Source: a virus
DNA: 64,000 nucleotides
Direction: 5' to 3' (one strand)
IMG/VR virus record: IMGVR_UViG_3300020595_003017
Span: 1-64,000 of that record
Under the pieces are notes generated by a model that was not told the DNA's origin, made no database searches, and saw only the letters and a program-made list of their open reading frames with translations. Of this stretch, positions 28,463 to 38,989 are shown one piece after another. Numbering within the stretch: position 1 is the stretch's first letter; each line of letters starts with the position of its first letter. A program made the position numbers and the translations under genes.

Positions 28463-28470
28463 ACTATTTA
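28463..28470 (+). promoter_or_regulatory. ACTATTTA motif upstream of the 28492/tape-measure genes
   Basis: Exact copy in an intergenic gap. Confidence 0.55.
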
Positions 28471-28491
28471 CTTAAGCTGTGAGGATACCCT

Positions 28492-28824
28492 GTGAAAGAT
28501 AAAATAGATTTTGAAAACGAGGTTCTTGACTTAGATGAGATCAAGAATACTTTGAACGAAAATATTCTCCACGTCTTTGCTGCGTGGATTGAGTATTTGT
28601 TATCTAAAATGTTCAAAGGAAGAAGAGTGCCAGTTCGTGTTCGGGGCAACCGAATTGAAGTGGAGCGGTTCACCGATGCCCTGGTGAATGAAAAAAGATA
28701 TATGGACTACATCAAGAAATATGGACTTGATGACCCCATGACCTACAAGCAAAAATCAAAACTTGACGTTGCGATTAAAAAGTTTGAACGTGAGGCAAGA
28801 ATAAATTGGCCAATCAGAAACTAA
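28492..28824 (+). CDS. Hypothetical protein before the tape measure
   Basis: GTG start with GAGG SD; 110 aa. Confidence 0.6.
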   Translation: MKDKIDFENEVLDLDEIKNTLNENILHVFAAWIEYLLSKMFKGRRVPVRVRGNRIEVERFTDALVNEKRYMDYIKKYGLDDPMTYKQKSKLDVAIKKFEREARINWPIRN

Positions 28825-28846
28825 TCACACCGTGGAGATTTAGCAG

Positions 28847-31312
28847 ATGGTAGCGAAGGGCGTCAAAAGCGGCGCAAGGGCTGTTGCGGATCTTACTAAA
28901 AAAGTCACCCGAAGCGGCGGAGCCGGGCGAGCAATTAGAAATGAGATGATAGCAGAGGGCGGAATGGAAGCCCTTGAAGAATTTATGGAGGCGTCCAAGA
29001 ACACGGCGCAGCGGGTAGCTGAAACTCTGAACCCGATGAAGGGTGTCATACAGGGAATTCAGTCAGCTTTTGGTGTTTCAATACCAAAAAACTTTGCTGA
29101 TCTAACGGCAGAAATTATAAAACTCAATGTTCAGTTAGACGATCTTCAGGTTGATGTTGGTCGTTCCACTGGATTATTTACACAGCTAGGATCTCAGATA
29201 GAGGTCTTAACAAAACAAAATCGACAACTAGGTGTTACTTTCGATCGAACCGCCAAAGCAATGATGTCTTTGGACTCAGGCTTTAGTAGTCTTTATAGAC
29301 AAACCACTGTACAACAGCAAGCTACTCTTAGGTTGACTTTTGCCCTAGAAAATCTCGGCGTCGCTGCTGATGATACCGGACGAGGACTTGAAGTATTTAC
29401 CCGTGGCATGGCTTCCTCTGATAAAGCCGCCCAGCAAAGCGTTAAAAATCTTATTAATCTTGCTAGGGAGATAAGGTTCAAGGGTGGACCAGCCCAAATG
29501 ATGAGAGATATTGCTGAAATAGGTCCAATGATAGTCAAATTTGGTTCAAGCTCAGAGCAGGTTATGGGTGACCTGGCCAAACACGCTCGTGCAACCGGTT
29601 TAGAGATGAGGCAAATTTTTGATGTGTCTGATCAATTTGATACATTTGAGGGAGCCCTAGATAAAGCAGGGCAGCTTAATGCACAATTTGGATTAGGGCT
29701 TGATTCGATTGCACTAATGCAAGCAGATGATGCAGAAAGAAGAGATATAATTGTTGGTAGATTTAGTGAATTGTATGGTAACTTTGAATCCCTAGACAAG
29801 CGGCAGAAACAAATTATGGGCGAGACATTAGGCTTTGGCTCGGACATATTAGCTACTAGAAAATATTTTGAAGAGATGCCTATGTTTAAGGACTCTGTTA
29901 CCTCAATTGAACAGGCAGCCGTCGAACAAACAAAATTGAGCGAAAGAGGACAGGCAGCTATGGAAGGCGTTATCCGTGACGCTGGCGACACCATGCTTCC
30001 GGGTCTTGGCGCTAGTGTAAATCAAGTTGTTGGATCCACGTTGGACTCTTTTAAGAACTTGTCAAATTCTACTGATCTTATCTCTATGGAAATGAAGAGA
30101 CAATTTGGACTTCAAATGATGGGACCAGGCTTAGCTAAGGAAACAGCCGATGCACTATCTGGCGCAGCGCAGATAATAACAACAATGCAAACAGGACCAG
30201 TAGCTACACCCGGCTTGGTGCCCTTAGCTGGTGCTGCTGGGGCGATGCCCCTTACAAATAGGGGTATTGACCTTGCGAACGCAACTCAGAATCCTTATAT
30301 GACTCCGCAAGGTATGCGTGATGCAGCAAGAAGAGGAAGAAACCCTGGACAACAACCCGCCGGTACGCCCACAGGTCAGCCTACCACCCCAGGTGGTTCG
30401 CCCTTCATCGACCTCGCCGCAGCGTCTACCGATGTAGCGGGTGCCGTCATCAGACCGGGCATGACCGCTGCTGAATTTACTAAAGCTATGGATCCTGATA
30501 ATGTTAGGGCAGCCAGAGAAGCATTTAAATTACAAAGATTACAGAAAATGGGTATGGATCTCGCCGCTGAAGACCCCGATGCATTTTTCAAACTTGCGAA
30601 GGCTCAGGCTCCCGGCGGCTCTCTGGAAACTTATAAGCGAGCTAGGGCCACTAATATTGCAAAGGGTGGACAAATTACCGTTGGTAACGTGGGTCGTAAA
30701 TTAGCCAAAGAGGGGCTTAAACGTGGTGCTAAAAAAGCAATTCCAGTTATTGGTGATGTTGCTTTTGGTTATATGGAGGCTGAAGAAAATATTGCACAAG
30801 GCATGAGCAAAGGAAAATCATACGCTCGTGAGGGTATTGGCGCAACTGCTGCCATTGGTGGTGGATTATTAGGTGCAGCTAAGGGCGCTGCATTTGGTGC
30901 TGCGGTTGGTGGACCTCTTGCACCAGTCACTGCTATACTTGGCGGTATCATAGGTGCCGTTGGGGTCAGCTTGGCGGCAGAGGCTACCGCTGAGGCTGGC
31001 TTTGATGCGATTGCCGGCAACGAGGTAAAAGACAGACGAAAAAAAGAAGAAGCAAGAGCAGCCTTACAAGTTCAAAAACAAGCACCCCAAAAAATGGCGA
31101 ACAGTTACATGCAAGCGATGTATGGGCAACAACAAAGACAACCAACAGAAATGGGTGCTACTATACCGCTCCAAAATGTTATTAACATTAATGGTGCTGA
31201 AGTATACAACGATACAACAGATTTGAAATCACAACTTAATGTGACCACTGGTCGTCAACCTCCTCGTCCGCAGCGCATGAACCTGCCGGCTGTCACCACG
31301 AATAGTAGGTAA
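28847..31312 (+). CDS. Tape measure protein
   Basis: Helical Ala/Gly-rich 821 aa; C-terminal Gly-zipper hydrophobic segment; position after tube and chaperones. Confidence 0.8.
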   Translation: MVAKGVKSGARAVADLTKKVTRSGGAGRAIRNEMIAEGGMEALEEFMEASKNTAQRVAETLNPMKGVIQGIQSAFGVSIPKNFADLTAEIIKLNVQLDDLQVDVGRSTGLFTQLGSQIEVLTKQNRQLGVTFDRTAKAMMSLDSGFSSLYRQTTVQQQATLRLTFALENLGVAADDTGRGLEVFTRGMASSDKAAQQSVKNLINLAREIRFKGGPAQMMRDIAEIGPMIVKFGSSSEQVMGDLAKHARATGLEMRQIFDVSDQFDTFEGALDKAGQLNAQFGLGLDSIALMQADDAERRDIIVGRFSELYGNFESLDKRQKQIMGETLGFGSDILATRKYFEEMPMFKDSVTSIEQAAVEQTKLSERGQAAMEGVIRDAGDTMLPGLGASVNQVVGSTLDSFKNLSNSTDLISMEMKRQFGLQMMGPGLAKETADALSGAAQIITTMQTGPVATPGLVPLAGAAGAMPLTNRGIDLANATQNPYMTPQGMRDAARRGRNPGQQPAGTPTGQPTTPGGSPFIDLAAASTDVAGAVIRPGMTAAEFTKAMDPDNVRAAREAFKLQRLQKMGMDLAAEDPDAFFKLAKAQAPGGSLETYKRARATNIAKGGQITVGNVGRKLAKEGLKRGAKKAIPVIGDVAFGYMEAEENIAQGMSKGKSYAREGIGATAAIGGGLLGAAKGAAFGAAVGGPLAPVTAILGGIIGAVGVSLAAEATAEAGFDAIAGNEVKDRRKKEEARAALQVQKQAPQKMANSYMQAMYGQQQRQPTEMGATIPLQNVININGAEVYNDTTDLKSQLNVTTGRQPPRPQRMNLPAVTTNSR

Positions 31313-31315
31313 AAA

Positions 31316-32362
31316 ATGAAAATTAACAACAAAGAATTTTTTATGAGTTCCTTACCGGGTGAGTCTAGCCTTTTCAATAACGGGCAAAGACTAGAAATAA
31401 CACATTTGGCAACTGACTATTCAGTGGCCTTCTCGGCTTTCTTAGATGATTTTAGTGATGCATATACCTCTGAGTGGTCAGAAGAAGAATCATACGGACG
31501 CATGGATCCGATAGGAAACTTCATGATGACTCGCCGAAACATTTCAGTTTCTTGGAGAATTCCAGCAGCTAGTTTTCAACAAGCTAAAGATAATTTAGAT
31601 AAAATGAACAAAGTTGTATCATTCTTGTATCCTCTTTATGGGAAAGCGGGTGCCACGCAGTCTAACTTCATAAAGATGGGCCCTTACTGGAAAGTCAAGT
31701 TTGGTAACTTAATTTGTAATTCACTTGACGGGGGACCACTCTTAGGTTGGGTTAACGGGATCACCGTTGACCCCTTGTTTGAAGAGGGGACATTCATGCT
31801 AGACGGAGATAAGTTGCCCGGTGTAGAAACACCCGGCGCTGGCGATGGCACGAGGCACAACCCAAATGGAGCCGGTGTAAACTACTATCCTAAAACCTAT
31901 AAGCTTAATTTTGAAATGACTGTTCTGCACGAGCACTCCGTTGGGTGGAAAAAGAATGCGGAGGGGGACTTTATATTTAGAGGAAAAATGGGTAAGTCCA
32001 CCGAGGGTAAGAATTTCCCTTATAGGTCAGCCGCTGGAATAAATCAAGAAGATACCTTAAAGGTTCCCCGACGAACCCAGGATTCAATAGACGAGACAAG
32101 CTTAACAAGGGCACAGGTCATGCAAAGCCCCCAAGGAAGCCCCGGCAATAACCCCAATGACCCAGGCAAGATTCTCTTTGATGCACACGGGGAGAGGGCA
32201 CTTTGGTGGGAGAGAAAATATAATACGGAACTTGTTGACGGTAAAATTACATCAACAATGGTTGCCGCTGGTCCAAACGTTGAGTATTATGAAAAAGAAA
32301 ACCCTGTAGGGCTAGCGTTTGCCAGAGATGTGATGAACGATACAACCGGTAGAGGAAAATAA
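31316..32362 (+). CDS. Baseplate tube-initiator-like protein (gp48/gp54-like), paralog 1
   Basis: YGRMDPIG...RNISVSW, VKFGNLI; similar to the next ORF. Confidence 0.65.
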   Translation: MKINNKEFFMSSLPGESSLFNNGQRLEITHLATDYSVAFSAFLDDFSDAYTSEWSEEESYGRMDPIGNFMMTRRNISVSWRIPAASFQQAKDNLDKMNKVVSFLYPLYGKAGATQSNFIKMGPYWKVKFGNLICNSLDGGPLLGWVNGITVDPLFEEGTFMLDGDKLPGVETPGAGDGTRHNPNGAGVNYYPKTYKLNFEMTVLHEHSVGWKKNAEGDFIFRGKMGKSTEGKNFPYRSAAGINQEDTLKVPRRTQDSIDETSLTRAQVMQSPQGSPGNNPNDPGKILFDAHGERALWWERKYNTELVDGKITSTMVAAGPNVEYYEKENPVGLAFARDVMNDTTGRGK

Positions 32363-32367
32363 TAATC

Positions 32368-33279
32368 ATGAAAAATTATTTTATGAAAACTGGGATGCCG
32401 GGTGAACAAAATCTCTTTAACGAAGGTTATCGCCTAGAGATAACTCACTTACCGACAGGATACTCGGTGGCCTTCTCTGCCTTTATAGACCAGATGAGTG
32501 ACTCTTACAATGCAAATTGGGCTTCGGAGCAAGTCTTTGGCAGAATGGATCCTATTGGTACCTACGAAAGAACAAAAAGGAACATCTCTGTCGTATGGAG
32601 AGTCCCTGCATCAGACGTTATCATGGCTAGAGACAACTTAGATAAAATGAACAGATTAGTATCTTTTTTGTATCCCACATATGGGAATTCTATGGGCGCA
32701 ACAATGATGACTCAATCGCCCATGTGGAGAGTTAAATTTGGAAATTTAATTTGTGATGCACGCACAGGGGACGGGCTTTTAGGCTGGGTTAGAGGCATAA
32801 CTATAGACCCAGCTTTAGACGAGGGAATATTTACACTAGACTCGAAAGCTCAAGCAGCTAATTCTGCTTTCGGTGCGGGCGTTGATTATTTTCCCAAAAC
32901 GGTTCGCTTGAATATTGAACTAGCGGTGGTGCATGAACATGACCTTGGCTGGGAAAACGTTGGTGGCACCGAGAGCGGCGAAGAAATATTTGTTTTTCGG
33001 GGATCGGGCAGAGAATCACAATCTGGACAGAAAGAGGGTATGGCTTTCCCGTATCCTTCCAGAAGACATGTCTCTGACCCGATACATGAAGTTTCAAAAA
33101 ATACAAAGCAGGGTTTAATAGACCTAAGGAAAGCTTTTAATTCCCTTCTTACAAGGCAGGATCCAATGGGGAATCTTGTTCAATTGGCTGTAGACGCCGT
33201 AAGCCCCACTGATGTCCCGGATCAAGATCGGACTGCTCAAAACGCCGTTCTAAGTGCGCAGACAGGAGGTAAGAAATAA
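32368..33279 (+). CDS. Baseplate tube-initiator-like protein, paralog 2
   Basis: FGRMDPIG...RNISVVW, VKFGNLI. Confidence 0.65.
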   Translation: MKNYFMKTGMPGEQNLFNEGYRLEITHLPTGYSVAFSAFIDQMSDSYNANWASEQVFGRMDPIGTYERTKRNISVVWRVPASDVIMARDNLDKMNRLVSFLYPTYGNSMGATMMTQSPMWRVKFGNLICDARTGDGLLGWVRGITIDPALDEGIFTLDSKAQAANSAFGAGVDYFPKTVRLNIELAVVHEHDLGWENVGGTESGEEIFVFRGSGRESQSGQKEGMAFPYPSRRHVSDPIHEVSKNTKQGLIDLRKAFNSLLTRQDPMGNLVQLAVDAVSPTDVPDQDRTAQNAVLSAQTGGKK

Positions 33280-33620
33280 TGGGATCAAGATACAGAGGTC
33301 GAGGACTCATCTTTAACGATAATGAAGAATACAGGAAAAAGTTCTTCATTGATCGTAATGTCAATCAAGTTGTACAATATGACACAGCAGAATTTTTCTA
33401 TCCTGATGCAGATGAGGTTGGTAGTTTACAGAATATTAAAGTTCGCTGGGGTGCGACCTCAAAATTATATAACTTAGCAGCACAACATTATGGAGATCCA
33501 ACCTATTGGTGGGTTATTGCGTGGTATAATAAGAAGCCCACAGAGGCAGATTTTAATGTAGGGGATATTATATACGTCCCGTTGCCACTTGAAGAAGCTT
33601 TGGAATATTTCGGAGTATAA
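33279..33620 (+). CDS. Baseplate LysM-like protein (gp53-like)
   Basis: LYNLAAQHYGDPTYWWVIAWYN...GDIIYVP. Confidence 0.8.
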   Translation: MGSRYRGRGLIFNDNEEYRKKFFIDRNVNQVVQYDTAEFFYPDADEVGSLQNIKVRWGATSKLYNLAAQHYGDPTYWWVIAWYNKKPTEADFNVGDIIYVPLPLEEALEYFGV

Positions 33621-33623
33621 CAT

Positions 33624-36600
33624 ATGGCTAAGTGGGTTTACGCATCATTTCCTTGGGTAGAAGCCGCTCCGGACGGTGGCTGGGGAGCCCTGACACAACG
33701 AGCCCAAGATGATAACAGGTCAACTGTTGGTGCTATTGGTAGTTACTATAGTACGGAAGATGCATGGCTAACTAACATAGGCTTTAAAAAAGGTATTAGA
33801 GAAGACGCCAGTCAGTTAACTGGCGACATCAACGGCATGATAGCTGACATGGCCTTGACAACCCTGCCTGGCGAAGATCCGAATGGAAAAACATATTATG
33901 TTCCGGCACTTATCAAAGAGGCGATTGAGGTCTCATACATTATCCGTGGCGCTCTTCAGGTTCTTCAAGAGTCAAATCTTTTAGGTCCCTTGGAGGTTGT
34001 TGGCATATCGAGTATTAATTCAGTAAGAAAAATATACAAAGAAATGTTCGGCAGCCAACGTGGCATTGATATTCTCATAGAAGAAATGGAGAACATGTCC
34101 ATCACAAGTGGACAAGCAGCGGACGGCGACAAAGCAGCGGATGCAGATTTTTATGGTGTGGATAATAGACTGCCGCAAGGACGCAAGCTTGGCAACGGGA
34201 TGCTTTTTTCGGAGGCTGTACTAAGACTAAAACAAACCTATCCGCTGTGTGTTGCTTATGACCCGTTTTATCAATATTCTGACAACCCGCAAGATGATTT
34301 GGCTGTGCAGCCTTATGGTTTAAACTTGAGAGGCAACTATACTGGATACTTTGAAAATTTTCTTGGTGTTGATTCGATATTTTCAAGACAAGAATTAACG
34401 AGGTTAGGCTACGGTAATACCACAGCCGAAATACGTCAGCAAGCTGTTATGGATCTCCTTGATTCTGGTGAAGCGTTTACTAGTGATAAGGGATACAGAG
34501 GAAGAGTTGATGTATCTAGTGTAACTTATCCTTTAACATCGCTGATTGGTGCCCTCCCGGCAGAGCCAGGACAAGCTCCAAGAGATCCGATAATAGGAGC
34601 TTTGCGATATCCACCAATGGCACCTGGCGGACGAGCACCTGAGCCCTCGGGGCAAATACTAGGCGGACTTAGTGCAACTGAGAGAACTTATCAAATACGG
34701 TTCAAATATTTTAACACTACAGCTTACAACAACGTAAGAAAATTTATTCTGTCCGAGCACAGAAAGTTTCTGAAACAACAATTAGAAGAAGCTAAAAAGA
34801 AAAAGGCTGCTGGTGACTTTCAACCCGAACCAGCTAGAGCCGCCTCTGGAGTCATGTCTGGAGCGAGGGCAACGGCAAAGACTGCACCTAAGCAGGGTGA
34901 TCCTGCTAGAGATGCAGCGATTAGAATTTTAAATTCACAACTTATATTGATGCGTAACTTAAGAAGCTTAATGCCCGTCGCAACACTTACACACTATCAT
35001 GCTTCCGGAAGACCAGATTCACCGATCGCTCGTAACCTTCGTTTTGATCATTTGATAAACGCCCTTTGTGAACCAGAATCCGTGATACCGTTATTAAATA
35101 ATCCGATGACAGGCTTAGACTCTTTTATAAATGCACCTAATTCTGCACTTTCAACTCTCGTTCCAAAGCTAACGTTTTTCATCGGAGACTCGAAGGGAAA
35201 TAGAAGGAAGGTGGAGTTCCCGGATCACATTCATGATTACCAGATTAAAGCTTTGGCAAAGGGAAAGAGCAGTACTCAAATAAAAGATATATTAAGAAAC
35301 AGGTCTAACCATGGCACCGATGCAGGTGTTAAAAGTTTCTCTTGGGATTTTGACCAAATCCATGAAGGCGACAATGCGGTAAAAGCCCGCTTGTCTTTGT
35401 TTTTCGGCTCAGCACTTGATATGATGAATGATGATTATAAGGCCTTCTTGTATACAACGGGCGACCCAAGCTCAGATGCACCTAGAATCAAGGGTCGCAG
35501 GTTTGTAAAAGAGACCAAAGAGAAAAAAGTTGAAAGACTATCGATAGTTTTACAGAAGAGGCAAGAGAAGCTAACAGATCCAAATCAGAACCCCCCGGTG
35601 GAGGATGGTAAGGACTCCATATCAAGAAACAACAGGGCTAGCAAGAGGACTGCTCCTGGCAAGCCATCTTTGGGTCTTTATGTTAGGGTCGGATGGGCTG
35701 TTCCACAAGGTAAAATGCCGGCTGATGCGCCAACCGATTTTATAAAAACTATAGAAAAAACTCAACGTGAAATAAAATTAAATTTAACTGGACATAGTGT
35801 ATCGTATAGTCCCAACGGACAACTAACTCTGGACCTTGAATATGCTGGGTCTATTGGTAATGCTCTTGATCACTTGTCAAGATCAGACGTTCTAAGAACC
35901 AGAAAAGGTCCAACGGATATAGATTTTGTTGAATATTCAATACCAAACATAGTAGTGCCAGTACCAGAAGATTCTATAGACCCTGAAATTTCCAGACTTG
36001 ACTCAGCAACTTATGCCAACTCGGCTTGGCCCCAAGGTTACATAAAAAGGAAAGCCATAAAAAATTATAGAGTTACAGAGCAAAATCCAAACCCGTCATA
36101 TCGGCTTAAAGATGTTCAACCAACTGTTGCGCTCGCTAAGGCGGGAATTGAATATGAAATAAAAACCCTTGACACCTTGATTCAAACAATGCATGATAAA
36201 ACTGCACTTTTACCAAAAAAGAAAAGAGCAAAGGTGGAGAAGGATGCAACTCTTGCTGCAATGCATGACGCCTTACAGCGCCACCGTCGAGTTGCTCAGA
36301 TAGCTTTAGACAACATTCTAGAAAAAATTAGAGAGCCAAAATATGCCTCCATACTGGAGCGCCTGTTGGCTGATAAAAAAATATATTATGGTAGAATAAT
36401 ACCGAGGACAGATTCCTTACCCGTAAGTGCTTACGGTACCGTGAAGTCTGGCAATTATACTGACGCCACTGCTGGTACAACCAGGCATAATTTTGATGTT
36501 GTCTTCACCAAAAAGCAGCCAAAAAGCAAAACAGAAACAAAGTCTGAGAGACTAAAAAGAGTCAAAGATGCTTTGAGTGACGCCTATAGGACAGGAGCTA

Positions 36601-37550
36601 ACCCAGCCCTGAGACTTGATCCAACCTCGGCATCGACAAGAGATTTTGATGTGGATTATGGCTCCAGGAACTTATATTATATTAGGTTGGGAGACCTGAT
36701 AGATAACATACTTGAAAACATAGACAACACAGAGGAAAATAATGATGATTTTTATAAGGTTGTCTTAGGATCTATACGCCCGATAAACTATGGAATACCA
36801 GGGTTTACAGAAACAGATGTTTTTATGTTAGCAGACTTGCCAATATCTATAGAATATTTTGGACAGTTCTTTATAGATACTGTTGTTGCCCCTCAGCGTA
36901 ATTCTATATCTTTGAAAGAGTTTTTGGATGCTCTTAGACTGAAACTGCTGTCTCCCATGTTCAGAGAGTTTTCCCAAACGCAAGGTAAAAAATCAACTCC
37001 GATATTTAACATGACGCCTCTTTTTTCTGGGGTCGAAGCAGAGCCAGGGGCGGTGCTAAACCAAGACGAACTAAGACAGTTGGCTTTTAATAGAACTCAA
37101 GCAAATCTTGCCAAGAATAAATACTTAGTTATATCCCCACGAACTATAACATACAAAAAGCGCAGGGGCATAGAATCCGAAGATATTAAAAACGGCATAT
37201 ATCATCTAAAGATTGGAGTTGACAAGGGTATAGTTAAATCATTCTCTACCACCGAGAGAAATATGACAAAATTTCACCGAGCGATGCAGGTGGAACGCAG
37301 CAATGAACCTGATGGTTTTTTGGTTGTGCCGCAAAACTTTGATTTAACCTTGGTTGGTAATCAGTTCTTTCCAAACGGCACTACGGTATATATTGATGCA
37401 GATGTTGGCTTTGGTAGAGAAATAGCTCAGACCTTAGGAATCGGCGGTTACTACGGGGTCGTTAGGTCCTCTCACTCAATAGAGGGTGGAACCTTCGAGA
37501 CTGTGTTACAGTGTGTATGGCAATCTTCTGGCAACAAGGACGGATTATAA
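33624..37550 (+). CDS. Large baseplate hub protein (gp27/gpD-like C-terminus)
   Basis: C-terminal LTLVGNQFFPNGTTVYID...GGYYGVVRSSHSI...FETVL; follows the LysM gene. Confidence 0.6.
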   Translation: MAKWVYASFPWVEAAPDGGWGALTQRAQDDNRSTVGAIGSYYSTEDAWLTNIGFKKGIREDASQLTGDINGMIADMALTTLPGEDPNGKTYYVPALIKEAIEVSYIIRGALQVLQESNLLGPLEVVGISSINSVRKIYKEMFGSQRGIDILIEEMENMSITSGQAADGDKAADADFYGVDNRLPQGRKLGNGMLFSEAVLRLKQTYPLCVAYDPFYQYSDNPQDDLAVQPYGLNLRGNYTGYFENFLGVDSIFSRQELTRLGYGNTTAEIRQQAVMDLLDSGEAFTSDKGYRGRVDVSSVTYPLTSLIGALPAEPGQAPRDPIIGALRYPPMAPGGRAPEPSGQILGGLSATERTYQIRFKYFNTTAYNNVRKFILSEHRKFLKQQLEEAKKKKAAGDFQPEPARAASGVMSGARATAKTAPKQGDPARDAAIRILNSQLILMRNLRSLMPVATLTHYHASGRPDSPIARNLRFDHLINALCEPESVIPLLNNPMTGLDSFINAPNSALSTLVPKLTFFIGDSKGNRRKVEFPDHIHDYQIKALAKGKSSTQIKDILRNRSNHGTDAGVKSFSWDFDQIHEGDNAVKARLSLFFGSALDMMNDDYKAFLYTTGDPSSDAPRIKGRRFVKETKEKKVERLSIVLQKRQEKLTDPNQNPPVEDGKDSISRNNRASKRTAPGKPSLGLYVRVGWAVPQGKMPADAPTDFIKTIEKTQREIKLNLTGHSVSYSPNGQLTLDLEYAGSIGNALDHLSRSDVLRTRKGPTDIDFVEYSIPNIVVPVPEDSIDPEISRLDSATYANSAWPQGYIKRKAIKNYRVTEQNPNPSYRLKDVQPTVALAKAGIEYEIKTLDTLIQTMHDKTALLPKKKRAKVEKDATLAAMHDALQRHRRVAQIALDNILEKIREPKYASILERLLADKKIYYGRIIPRTDSLPVSAYGTVKSGNYTDATAGTTRHNFDVVFTKKQPKSKTETKSERLKRVKDALSDAYRTGANPALRLDPTSASTRDFDVDYGSRNLYYIRLGDLIDNILENIDNTEENNDDFYKVVLGSIRPINYGIPGFTETDVFMLADLPISIEYFGQFFIDTVVAPQRNSISLKEFLDALRLKLLSPMFREFSQTQGKKSTPIFNMTPLFSGVEAEPGAVLNQDELRQLAFNRTQANLAKNKYLVISPRTITYKKRRGIESEDIKNGIYHLKIGVDKGIVKSFSTTERNMTKFHRAMQVERSNEPDGFLVVPQNFDLTLVGNQFFPNGTTVYIDADVGFGREIAQTLGIGGYYGVVRSSHSIEGGTFETVLQCVWQSSGNKDGL

Positions 37551-37551
37551 A

Positions 37552-38982
37552 ATGGTGCAACCTAGAAAAGTAGATCCAAACTTAAATTCAATTAGGTACT
37601 CGAACGCCGACAACGATTCGGATGCGAGAGAGGTTTTTAAAGACAGAGAAAAGTATGCCAATTTCATTTTCCCAGCCGCTTCGTCTCTTGGTGTCGGTAC
37701 GGCTTATAATTTTTGGGGTAAGGACAGGTTTTTTGGAAAAATAAACCCGGTTGGAAACCCCGCTATAGTAATTGAGAGTCGCCTAAGACAACTTAGGCAC
37801 GCAGATCCAGGACAAACATTTTATGCGTTAGATTTCGTAGCCGATGCGTGGAGAGATTTTTGCGACAGAATTAATCTCGAATTGGCCAACGGGACGCTGT
37901 ACGACTCTGGTCCCTATTCGTCAATGACTGTCAAGCGAGGGTGGACAGACGTCTATAAAGAATATCACAACTATATGGTAAATGATTTGTACCCTGCTTT
38001 TCAAAATATTTTCATGAGTTCCCCAAAAAGAAAAAGAATGCTGACAGACTTTGATACTTTCCTAGAGGTATTTGATGAGTTTTCAGGGAAAATAATTAAA
38101 AACGCAGGACCTATAACTTTATCGGGCTTTGTAGAGAGTTTATATTATTCACCACTGAACACAGGGCTTGCGCTTGAGATCGCCACTGATGCTCATGATG
38201 ATGATCTAAGAAAAGAAATAAAGTTTTTGTACGATGAAAATTTTCCACTGGTTATGAAATTAGCAACATACTATGGTTTTTCTGTGGACAAGAATGCGCC
38301 TTGGAGATTTGTTATAGATCCAAGCTCCCTTGCAGCGCAGGAATATATGCTTGGCCTTTTTATGGAAAGCGGAGATCTGCCACCACAATCAGGAGCGGAG
38401 TGTGAGGATGGCGTGTTTATACCAAAAAACAGAAGAAGTCCAGAACTTTTTGGTTATTCAGAAATACCAGGCTTTGAAGATGTAATCAGGCACGCCCCTG
38501 GTTACGCCCACTACCAAGATCAGATAGGGGGTTCTTATTCTCCAGTCGTAGTGTATACTGGGTTATTTAACGCTTCTTACCTTGAAACTATTACAGACGA
38601 CATGAATTTACTAAAGGTTTATTTGTTTGACTTTTACAACAGATATGTGTCCGCCAACGCTAGCTTATTAATACCTGCTGGGACAATAGACGATTGTGAC
38701 AAACCTAGAACTATCTTAAGGGACTTAGTGAATCCTGAAATTTTGTCATTATACGGAGACAAATGGTCTCTTAGGGCCACCTATGTTCTACGTCGCCGAG
38801 AGCGAGGGATAGTGGAAAGTAGAGATAATGAGATTAAAGACTTGAGAGATATTTTTAATTTCTATGACTTCATGCCAAGCAACAGAAACTCTAACAAGTA
38901 TCTTCGTGCCCTAGGGTACATCAATGAAAAGTTCATTGGGAGGTTAACGACTAGCTCGTTTGATACTAATATTATCTCATAG
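37552..38982 (+). CDS. Hypothetical protein
   Basis: Long ORF; ATG at 37552 directly after the hub stop is preferred. Confidence 0.65.
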   Translation: MVQPRKVDPNLNSIRYSNADNDSDAREVFKDREKYANFIFPAASSLGVGTAYNFWGKDRFFGKINPVGNPAIVIESRLRQLRHADPGQTFYALDFVADAWRDFCDRINLELANGTLYDSGPYSSMTVKRGWTDVYKEYHNYMVNDLYPAFQNIFMSSPKRKRMLTDFDTFLEVFDEFSGKIIKNAGPITLSGFVESLYYSPLNTGLALEIATDAHDDDLRKEIKFLYDENFPLVMKLATYYGFSVDKNAPWRFVIDPSSLAAQEYMLGLFMESGDLPPQSGAECEDGVFIPKNRRSPELFGYSEIPGFEDVIRHAPGYAHYQDQIGGSYSPVVVYTGLFNASYLETITDDMNLLKVYLFDFYNRYVSANASLLIPAGTIDDCDKPRTILRDLVNPEILSLYGDKWSLRATYVLRRRERGIVESRDNEIKDLRDIFNFYDFMPSNRNSNKYLRALGYINEKFIGRLTTSSFDTNIIS

Positions 38983-38989
38983 GTTATTT

